Shown here: one piece after another, positions 1 through 7,888 of the stretch
Layout: every line of letters starts with the position of its first letter
How positions within the stretch are numbered: position 1 is the stretch's first letter
Origin: an uncultured archaeon
GTDB lineage: Archaea; Thermoplasmatota; Thermoplasmata; Thermoplasmatales; Thermoplasmataceae
Length of the DNA: 64,000 bases
Reading direction: 5' to 3'
Assembly (NCBI GenBank): GCA_000965745.1
Contig: CP009479.1
Location: 1,792,001 to 1,856,000, forward strand
Notes under the pieces: model-generated
What the model saw: only the letters and a program-made list of their open reading frames with translations
The model's database searches: none
What the model was told of the DNA's origin: nothing
Translations under genes and position numbers: made by a program

Positions 1-1
1 T

Positions 2-235
2 ATCTCCTCGTTCTTTGACACTAGAATCGGCAGTAAACGTGACTCTGACAGCTATAGAAGGATAGCTGCATCTAAGACACTGCCGCCTTCAAGCATAATC
101 TTCTTTTCGGATGTGCCTGAAGAGCTGGAGGCAGCTGATAAGGCTGGGCTTATGACGGGACTGGTTGACCGGGAGAAGAAGATTATGCCCGGCAGGGAAA
201 AATTTGTTACCGTAACAGGCTTTGAAAACCTGTGA
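2..235 (+). CDS. mtnC: Enolase-phosphatase E1 / acireductone synthase (HAD family), 3' end only
   Basis: Not in the ORF track. Manual translation of frame 2 gives ISSFFDTRIGSKRDSDSYRRIA...IIFFSDVPEELEAADKAGL...FENL*, matching the MtnC C-terminal pattern FDT-x-IG-x-K..SY / F-x-SD-xx-EL-x-AA..AG. Truncated by the window edge. Confidence 0.8.
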   Translation: MSSFFDTRIGSKRDSDSYRRIAASKTLPPSSIIFFSDVPEELEAADKAGLMTGLVDREKKIMPGREKFVTVTGFENL

Positions 236-358
236 AACCACTAAACTTATCGTTTTTACCTTAACACCAGTATATTTGAAATGGTGGCTTCAGCATCCGG
301 CATCTGCTTTGTGGGAACATCACATAGGCAACAAGAGCTTTGATAATTCCTTTGCTGG

Positions 359-628
359 TTGTCGGTTTATGACATTCAATCGTTAATTCATACTCACATA
401 GAAGCGGCAAAAAGGAATGGACGATTGTTATTGGGCCTTTCTCTCTTGGCAGCAGGGTTAATCTCAATGATTTCCTCAAATTCTTTGACTGGGTTCTTAA
501 ATCTAAAGCCTATATCGCTCCACAGTTCAACTAACCAGTTTATTCTGTTTAGCGGGTCAGGTATTCTGGTTGCTACGATTGGACTTTTTGTCGCCCTCTC
601 CTCATTTGAAAAAGATGATGGGTACTAA
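359..628 (+). CDS. Small membrane protein (2 TM), hypothetical
   Basis: 89-aa ORF with two hydrophobic segments; start codon uncertain. Confidence 0.45.
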   Translation: MSVYDIQSLIHTHIEAAKRNGRLLLGLSLLAAGLISMISSNSLTGFLNLKPISLHSSTNQFILFSGSGILVATIGLFVALSSFEKDDGY

Positions 629-737
629 AATTTCTCTGAGGCTTTCTCATGCAGGCCTCGTCAGAACAAATCGAGTTTAAGGGCATTAATGGGTCGAAAT
701 AATGTTGTATAATGATACACATCTGACATTAAATTTT

Positions 738-1993
738 GGTCATGTGCAGCAAGTGCTGTAAATTAAAGAGGGACTCCCCCACCGTGCAAATCCTCGATCC
801 TCAAATACTTTCTCCCAGTGATCCATTCTTCATTCATGTCCATTAGAATGGAACCTGCTAACCTGATCAATGCTTTCTCAGATGGAAACGCACCCACTTT
901 CTTCGTACGACGCTTGATCTCATAGTTCAACCGCTCCATCATGTTTGTTGTTCTTATCCTGCGCCAGTGCTGCTGTGGACAGGACTGATAGTTGTACAGT
1001 GAATCCGACCATCTATCGTACATCTCAGCAGCCCTGTCCATCCCATTATCGATCAAGGCCTGCTGTGCCAGCGGCATGAGTGAAGGATTTTCGAGAGATT
1101 CCTTCACTATGAGTGATACTGATCCCCACTTTTTCCTGGAGACCTTCTTCATCAGATTCCTGATGAAATGCACATGGCAGAACTGCCATGATGCACCCGG
1201 GAATGATCGGAGTACAGCCTCTCTTATGCCCTTATGGCCGTCGGATATGACGAGATCAAGGCCTTTCAGGCCACGATCCTTCAGATCATCGAAGAATGAT
1301 TCATAATCTATCTCTGTCTCAGAGTCATAAAGCCTTGCTCCCAGGATTTCCCTGTATCCATCCTCTCTCACGCCAGCTGCAATGTACAGCGCCATGCTTT
1401 TGTATCTGGAATCCTGTCTCACCTTTATGTATGTGGCATCCACATACATGTACCTGATCCCCTGTTCGATAGGACGCTCAAGGAATTCCTTCACCTTCTC
1501 ATCCAGCTCGGAGGAGAGTGATGAGACATATGACGGGGATACTTTTCGTATCCCAAGGGTCTCAACAATGCTCTTCACCTTCCTTGTTGAGACACCCTGT
1601 ATGTACGATTCCAGGGTTGCTGATTCAACTGCTCTCTCGACTCTGCTGTACCGGTCAAATACCTGTGTTTCGAATGGAAACTCACGTATCTGGGGCTTCT
1701 CCAGAGTGAGATCGCCGTCCGATGTCTTCAGTGATCTCTTCCTCTTGCCATTCCTGTGTGCTTTCCTCTGCTCAGATCTCTCGTACCATTTCGCCATGAT
1801 CTGATCCATCGCTTCCCTGTCCATGACTTCGTTCAGAAACCACTCGATCAGCTGTTTCTTCCCTTCCTGATTGTCATTCAGGAAAGTGCTTATTAATTCC
1901 TCTACCATGTTCAACTGGTCCTGCATTTTTGGTCCTCCTAATTCCAAATTTTGCGGGACCTCTTTAAAATTACATCACTTTATGCACACGATC
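738..1993 (-). mobile_element. IS256-family insertion sequence, about 1256 bp, complete
   Basis: Imperfect TIRs: left GGTCATGTGCAGCAAGTGCTGTAAATTAAAGAGG, right (reverse complement) GATCGTGTGCATAAAGTGATGTAATTTTAAAGAGG. Flanked by 8-bp direct repeat TAAATTTT at 730-737 and 1994-2001. Encloses a DDE transposase. Confidence 0.95.
763..1926 (-). CDS. IS256-family (Mutator-like) DDE transposase
   Basis: Motifs RNG, GVSTRKV, YVDATYIKVR, ISDGHKG, WQFCHVHF, RTTNMMERLNYEIKRR. ATG at 1926 follows GGAGG. Confidence 0.95.
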   Translation of the reverse strand: MQDQLNMVEELISTFLNDNQEGKKQLIEWFLNEVMDREAMDQIMAKWYERSEQRKAHRNGKRKRSLKTSDGDLTLEKPQIREFPFETQVFDRYSRVERAVESATLESYIQGVSTRKVKSIVETLGIRKVSPSYVSSLSSELDEKVKEFLERPIEQGIRYMYVDATYIKVRQDSRYKSMALYIAAGVREDGYREILGARLYDSETEIDYESFFDDLKDRGLKGLDLVISDGHKGIREAVLRSFPGASWQFCHVHFIRNLMKKVSRKKWGSVSLIVKESLENPSLMPLAQQALIDNGMDRAAEMYDRWSDSLYNYQSCPQQHWRRIRTTNMMERLNYEIKRRTKKVGAFPSEKALIRLAGSILMDMNEEWITGRKYLRIEDLHGGGVPL

Positions 1994-2135
1994 TAAATTT
2001 TCAGTTGCAGTTTGTCAGATTTTTGTTTTTTCCATCTAGTTCTCATTGGAAGGAGAAAAGGCAGCAATGGGATGAGTACAGGAGGTCGAGCATATCATGT
2101 AATTTCTTTGTGCTAGACCACATTGTTAATGCTTC

Positions 2136-2839
2136 CTATAATTGAGATGGGATCATGGCCAACATCTTTGATTGGAACTCATTCCATATTTCAATGGTCT
2201 TTGGGCTCCTCTTGAAGCCCATTCTGGACATTGAATCTTCATACATTTTAGTCCTGTGGACCTTCTCTACTGTTTTCTTAAGTTTCAGATCCAGTGATTT
2301 TGACGACACCTGCTTGAATAATTGCAAGACCTCTTGTTTGTTGATTTTATCTGCGAAATAGAAAAAAGGTCTGGGATATCCTGGTCTCTTCCAGATTGAG
2401 GTTTAAGTGCCCACATAACCTCTGGCCTTGCTATTTGTACAGGATTAGATGTTCTTCCTGTAATCGTGATCAATTGCTTCTTAATTGGTTGTCTGGTAAT
2501 CCAGGGTTCGAGGATATCTACCTTAGCCTCTCGGTCACGGACTGCACCTGCAAGTATGTCTAATGTCAACAAATCATTTGTTAGTCTGTAGACCCTTCCT
2601 GAATAATTCTGTGGATTAGGCATACTTGCCCTGTCTATTTCAAATTTAGAGCTTAGAAGCCAATTTATGATACGTTCTGATGATTCGAAGGGTATTACTA
2701 AGTCCAAGTCATTGGAGTATCTTGGCCTTCCGTAAGATGAGATTGCATATCCACCGATTACTGTTCCACCAAATTGCCAAGGCCATGAATCTAGCAAGTT
2801 AAGAGCCTGTCTCTCTCGAATTTCAGTATCAATCCTCAA
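2136..2839 (-). pseudogene. Nucleotidyltransferase (AbiEii/MNT-like toxin), split by a frameshift near 2355-2370
   Basis: GG-Y-A...R-x-S-x-DLDL NTase motif and GRDQD motif in ORF 2285..2860. The reading DKINKQEVLQLFKQ...SQL continues in another frame (ORF 2136..2327). The likely TTG start overlaps the upstream stop. Confidence 0.7.
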
Positions 2840-3392
2840 TAAGATCCTCAGCTCCTGCATAGATCCCTGGATGTTCGCGTATCAGCTTAATCGTCATCTC
2901 TTTGGAGATTACCGGTTCTCCTTCTATTTCAACATATTCCAGTTTATCAGCGGGATGAAGTTCCACGTATGCGCCTATACTCTTAGATCCTCTTGTTGAG
3001 ATGCCATGTGATTTGAGATAGTCCACCCAATTATTGTGATCAGAAGTCAGGACAACGAGATCAAAAGTGTGCGCAAATGCATTCGGATACACCCTATACT
3101 TTCCGTTTGTCCATAGCTCCACTGCGTTAGACCCGGTCCATGCCTTAGGCCAGGGCGCATTAAGCAATAGCCGGCTTACCCTATTCCATTCAGTCTTCCT
3201 AAAGTCAGGACGATCCTCAATTTTTAAGCACCTATAGGTTCCATGACCAACTCGTTCAACGATACCCCTGAACTTCAATTCTGAAAGCAACTTTCCAGGT
3301 CTGGAATTACCGGTCAGTTCTGTTACTTCCTTTGTTGTAAACTCGTCCTCGCCAAACGCATACGTTAAAACGTCGGCATAAGTCATGCCCAT
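2829..3392 (-). CDS. Winged-helix protein, putative type IV TA antitoxin (AbiEi-like)
   Basis: N-terminal wHTH (FTTKEV...LLSELKFRGIVERVGHGTY), translationally coupled to the downstream NTase. Confidence 0.7.
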   Translation of the reverse strand: MGMTYADVLTYAFGEDEFTTKEVTELTGNSRPGKLLSELKFRGIVERVGHGTYRCLKIEDRPDFRKTEWNRVSRLLLNAPWPKAWTGSNAVELWTNGKYRVYPNAFAHTFDLVVLTSDHNNWVDYLKSHGISTRGSKSIGAYVELHPADKLEYVEIEGEPVISKEMTIKLIREHPGIYAGAEDLIED

Positions 3393-3591
3393 ATTCCTAA
3401 TTATTCGGAACTTATACTTAAATATTATTATCTAAATGGCATCAGACATGTAGCCACTATTTTTCAATATTATACCTGGAAGCTGACTTTCTATAAGACG
3501 TGCAACTTCGCTAAAGCTCAACCAGGAAACGTGAAATTATAAAAAGAATGATCACCCGAATCAAGTTCGGAGGTATTAGTCAACAAATGAA

Positions 3592-4287
3592 TTAATGTTG
3601 CAGAACGGGAACAACCAAAGTAAAAACAAAGGCATAAACGATTAGATCTACTGGCATTAATACTACAAACCAAATAATCCCCCATTTCAATTTCCCATCT
3701 CTCCCCATAGGTAATGAGCTGTCCCAAGAGTTAAGAAAAGCGAAGACCACAGCGTTAAATATGGAGATCATGAAAATAACAATTAAGAGAAAAAGAAACG
3801 TGCGGGGCGTAATTTTTAGTGGAAAAGACAATAATGATGATGCGGCAAGGATGATCGCATATTCTATAAGACCATATTGCCAGTCATTAAATTTCGCGGC
3901 GGACTTACTGGGCGATTCATCCTTCTCTCCCACCTCACTCGAATGTTCAGTGGCAAGCTTTCCAATGGAACCTGGTGAAAATAGCATAGTCACTCTGTGC
4001 GAGTTTGATAATTCGCTGCCACAGTATGCGCAGTTCTGCTGATCTAATGCATTCAACGACATACAGCTTGTACACCTGATAAAGATCTCCTCATGAGATC
4101 CCCATAAGTCATGTGTTATTGGAACTCCAGGCTCGACAGCGTCATGACCATTACTTCTCTCACTGTTCACAGAAATTGTAGGCAGAGTGACCAGGTCGGA
4201 ATCAGACAGACCGGCACCACAGATATCACAAAGCCTGCGGTCTGTCTGGTTGAGGGTCATGCAATTTCCACATCTTCTGTATTCCAT
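3592..4287 (-). CDS. Membrane protein with tandem double-zinc-ribbon repeats and 3 C-terminal TM helices
   Basis: RCGNCMTLN..CDICGAGLS and RCTSCMSLN..CAYCGSELS repeats; hydrophobic C-terminus. Confidence 0.7.
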   Translation of the reverse strand: MEYRRCGNCMTLNQTDRRLCDICGAGLSDSDLVTLPTISVNSERSNGHDAVEPGVPITHDLWGSHEEIFIRCTSCMSLNALDQQNCAYCGSELSNSHRVTMLFSPGSIGKLATEHSSEVGEKDESPSKSAAKFNDWQYGLIEYAIILAASSLLSFPLKITPRTFLFLLIVIFMISIFNAVVFAFLNSWDSSLPMGRDGKLKWGIIWFVVLMPVDLIVYAFVFTLVVPVLQH

Positions 4288-4800
4288 TTAGCTTCAAACA
4301 TATCCTGGTAAATATACTTAAGAATTCTGATCCAGCTAGTTTTCATCTTATCAGAAAGCAAGTGATCACAGAGAATCGTGTTGAATTGATTCCAAGCTCA
4401 CATCTCAGTCTGATAGGGTAGTCAAGTCCTTAATAAAATTTGTAAACAAAATGATCAAAAGCCAAAAAATTATTAGTGAGGGAATGAATTGAACTCCCCG
4501 AGTGGCTATGGCCTGGAACAGCATCGCTCACTCTATGGAAATATTGGGATATCCAAAAAATGTCGTATAATCATGGTTATACAGCATTTTTATCCGGCCA
4601 AAAAGATTGACCGCGATTCCCGGCTTTATGTCAGTCTCATAACCTGTATTGCTGCTGGTCTTGACAAAATCATGCTAATCCGTACTTTCAATGTAGAATC
4701 AACCATGGTTATACTTTGTTATAACTTCAGTTGATCCAGTAGGATTAAAATTCCAATAGCAAATCAACTCAAAAAGAGACATCAGGTCGAAATTGCGGAA

Positions 4801-5388
4801 TTGCAGGATGAAGTTATGTCAATAGCTTATAGCGTCTGTGAAGACATTGTTTTCCACGGAGGAACTGCGATATGGAGATGTTTCTCCGGGAAAAGATTTT
4901 CGGAAGACCTTGACTTCTATTCCCGTACTTTTCCCGATGCTTCTGAAGAATTTGTAAAAATGGTTAAATCACATGGTCTCACAATCAGCAAATTGAAAGA
5001 TACTGGCAACGTTATATGTCCTTCAATTTCCAACAGCAGAGCAACTGTTAAGATCGAAGTCAACCATGTTATTGATGTTAAGGGAGTGGAGACTGCATAT
5101 GAGCTAGTTGATGGATCCTCTATAGAGATTATATGCCTCTCTCCTGAAAATTTAGTTATTGAGAAAATTGCGGCATATCGTGATAGAAAGTTTATCCGGG
5201 ACCTTTATGATATTTACCATTTAACGGGCTATGGTGTAGAAATTGAAGCTGTAAAGAAGGAGCTTATAGAATTTCTTTCACATACCGACAAGCCTGTCGA
5301 CGAGGGAGTTCTTAAAAGCATTGTTTATCTTAGTCTGCCACCATCCTATGAGAAGATGATAAGCACCATACGCAGGAGGGTTTCATGA
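4801..5388 (+). CDS. AbiEii-family nucleotidyltransferase toxin (type IV TA); true start may be upstream near 4744
   Basis: FHGGTAI...RFSEDLDF, KIEVN, EKIAAY...RDLYDIY motifs. Confidence 0.85.
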   Translation: MQDEVMSIAYSVCEDIVFHGGTAIWRCFSGKRFSEDLDFYSRTFPDASEEFVKMVKSHGLTISKLKDTGNVICPSISNSRATVKIEVNHVIDVKGVETAYELVDGSSIEIICLSPENLVIEKIAAYRDRKFIRDLYDIYHLTGYGVEIEAVKKELIEFLSHTDKPVDEGVLKSIVYLSLPPSYEKMISTIRRRVS

Positions 5389-5975
5389 GGTACATTAGTG
5401 ATTTTTTACATCATTTTTCTGAAAAGCCTGCGTTTAGTGCAAATGAAGCGAGACTTTTTCTTAAACGGAGGGGTGCATCCGAAGGTTACCACAAACTGCT
5501 TTTAGAGAAGTTATACTCTTCTGGAAGGATATACCGCATTACACGTGGGCATTACACGTTCTATGAAGAGGTTCAACACGTGGGTTTTGCCTTTTCGCCT
5601 TTTTATTATGGGCTTGAAGATGCGCTCTCTCTGTTGAATTTGTGGGAGCAGGAAACTAACCCAGTAGTCATTACCCCAAGAAAGGTCAGAAGTGGAATCC
5701 GAGAATTTCGCGGAAGAAATTACGTTGTCAGGAGGATAGATAGGTCGATGTTTTTCGGATATATTTATATCAAATATGAGAAATTCTACATCTCAGTATC
5801 TGCCCCTGAAAAGACCCTCATTGATCTCTTCTACTTCAGGACTTACATCGAGAATGACACATATGATGAGGTCTTTAAAAACATCGATGCCACAAGGTTC
5901 AAAGATTATCTTGAAAATGTTCCTGGATGGTTGAAATCCAAGTTGACAGGGGTTCTTGATGATTCTGGAGGTTGA
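5385..5975 (+). CDS. AbiEi-family antitoxin (wHTH plus C-terminal domain)
   Basis: GRIYRITRGHY wHTH, YYGLEDALS, VSAPEKTLIDL motifs; ATGA overlap with the toxin gene. Confidence 0.85.
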   Translation: MRYISDFLHHFSEKPAFSANEARLFLKRRGASEGYHKLLLEKLYSSGRIYRITRGHYTFYEEVQHVGFAFSPFYYGLEDALSLLNLWEQETNPVVITPRKVRSGIREFRGRNYVVRRIDRSMFFGYIYIKYEKFYISVSAPEKTLIDLFYFRTYIENDTYDEVFKNIDATRFKDYLENVPGWLKSKLTGVLDDSGG

Positions 5976-6738
5976 ACAGTCAAAACATTCTCTAATAATG
6001 AAGGATAAGATTGGCGATTACACCGACAATTCAATTGCATAAACTAGAACCAAGTCGGAATGGACGCTACCCTTTACTGAGAGAAATAACCGCTTCTTCC
6101 TCAACATAAGTAATTATACCTATAAAATGGTGATTAAAACTCTATCATAGCATTATTCTAATTATAACAACATGATGTTTGCAGTATATGTCATGTTACT
6201 ATGTGGTATTGAATCAAGGGAAAGAAAAATATCATAAGAAGTACTCATCATTGTATATTATATCTGAGGAATTTTAAAACAATTCTAGACTGTTATCTCA
6301 TGTATCAATGACTAAATGACCATGCCGGTCTGAATTTAAGAGGTGAATCTTCAATGAAATTACTAGTAAATAGTAATTACGTTGTACATACCTATTTACA
6401 CGGTATAATGGTTATTTCATCTGTAGTTATCATCGATTTCTAATTTCATCAGTGAAACAAACCATGAATAGTCTCTCTCTAATAGCGATATTATCTCTAT
6501 GATAGCGGAAATAAGATGATTAAAACTGCGACATATAGTAACTAATATTTTTTTTTCAAAATAACGATGAAAACTTATTCCCAGTGAGGTATCATTATCA
6601 ATAAACTCACCATGTTTTGGCTATACCTTGGAAAATGCTGCCTTACCATGGTACTGTTAGTGCTGCTCGTTTCAACAATACTCCTCTCTGCTTTGGCAAT
6701 GTCTGTGCATTCATACCCGAAGTACAGAATAATAATTA

Positions 6739-6997
6739 ATGCCTGATCTCCACGTGGTTGCCAGGATCACAGGTACTTGTTGAAAACGGGCCGTTACAGA
6801 AGACAAAGCTCTCGCTGCCTGCCGATATGGCTTACGACAAAATGGTTGTTTACATGAAATAGATGATGGAGAACAACCTTATACAGGAGAATGCCGCTCA
6901 CATCGACCTGAATGAAGATGGAGTAAGAACCTGTGAAGAGGTAGTTTCATGGATCGCGCAGTACGTGGGCAGACTGTGCTTTCCAAGGGAAAGATGA
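6739..6997 (+). pseudogene. Degenerate winged helix-turn-helix regulator
   Basis: Manual translation MPDLHVVARIT/(frameshift)VLVENGPLQKTKLSLPADMAYDKMVVYMK*MMENNLI...IDLNEDGVRTCEEVVSWIAQYVGRLCFPRER*: wHTH pattern with one frameshift and one in-frame TAG. Confidence 0.6.
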
Positions 6998-7086
6998 TGG
7001 CCATCTATAGAAAGAAAGCAAAACTTCACCCGGTCATTCATAAAAATTTGTTTATTAACTGTATAGGGATCATATCCTGTTGCTTC

Positions 7087-7485
7087 ATGAGTGCTGATGA
7101 TGGGGTCAAACTACTAATGCAGAGGTCAGAGAGATTTCTGGAGAATGTGAAACATAACTTTGAGATAGGATTTCTGGATATTGCGGCTTTCAGCCTCGAA
7201 CAATCGATCGAATTATTTCTCAAGTCAAAGGTACTTGAGAAGGCCGGAGATTTTCCTCATACGCAAAATATCAGAACACTAATGCAGACACTCTCTGAGC
7301 AATCAAGTCAGCGGTGCAGTGAGATCGTTAAATCCTATCTTGACAAGCATGGAATAATACTCGGGGCGATTCAGGATGCATATATTACATCAAGGTATTT
7401 TGCGATCAATATTGAAAAAAATGATCTGGACAAGATGATCCAGGTGGTTCAGGAGATAATCCATGACCTTAGACATGTTTGCTAG
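7087..7485 (+). CDS. HEPN domain protein (HEPN-MNT pair)
   Basis: AAFSLEQSIELFLKS, FPHTQNI, AYITSRY motifs; ATG at 7087 preferred over 6949. Confidence 0.85.
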   Translation: MSADDGVKLLMQRSERFLENVKHNFEIGFLDIAAFSLEQSIELFLKSKVLEKAGDFPHTQNIRTLMQTLSEQSSQRCSEIVKSYLDKHGIILGAIQDAYITSRYFAINIEKNDLDKMIQVVQEIIHDLRHVC

Positions 7486-7783
7486 ATACTCGAAGCGACG
7501 CAAGGAAGCATTTAGTCGTCTCAATGAAAACCTCCAGAAAGTAAAATCTATTGTGGTAATGGAAGATCCATCAGCTAAAATCTATCTTTTCGGCTCCGTT
7601 GCCAGGGGAAACTACAATATGGCAAGCGATATAGATATACTCATAGTCTCCAGGGATTATGTCAAAGCAATACGCAAAGCCCTGATAGAAGCAGGTTTTG
7701 GGGAGCCGTACGAATTTCACATCAGGTCACCAAGAGATGCTCAAACATACTTTCGTCATGTAAAAGATATTAGGAAAATTTAG
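7463..7783 (+). CDS. Minimal nucleotidyltransferase (MNT) antitoxin
   Basis: IYLFGSVARG...SDIDILIV motif; overlaps the HEPN gene. Confidence 0.9.
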   Translation: MTLDMFARYSKRRKEAFSRLNENLQKVKSIVVMEDPSAKIYLFGSVARGNYNMASDIDILIVSRDYVKAIRKALIEAGFGEPYEFHIRSPRDAQTYFRHVKDIRKI

Positions 7784-7888
7784 GTATGGCAGGATTTGTT
7801 TCCGTAGTGTTCCTGAATCTGCTTTGTTCCTCTATATACTGCCCCTTTACAGTGTAATCGAATGAGATGTAGCGTTTATTAATATCAA

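Noticed and set aside
992-1804. + strand ORFs inside the IS, and the many other short antisense ORFs in the track
   Set aside because: Shadow ORFs of well-supported genes on the opposite strand, with no motifs of their own.
3444-3465. AGACATGTAGC(C)ACTATT shared with about 23457-23473
   Set aside because: Only two imperfect copies in unrelated AT-rich contexts; not at element boundaries, so not called as att sites.
4489-4734. 81-aa ORF upstream of the AbiE pair
   Set aside because: No recognisable motif; overlaps the probable promoter/operator region.
6949-7086. N-terminal extension of the HEPN ORF
   Set aside because: Overlaps the wHTH pseudogene and a TATA-like region; the HEPN domain starts at ATG 7087.
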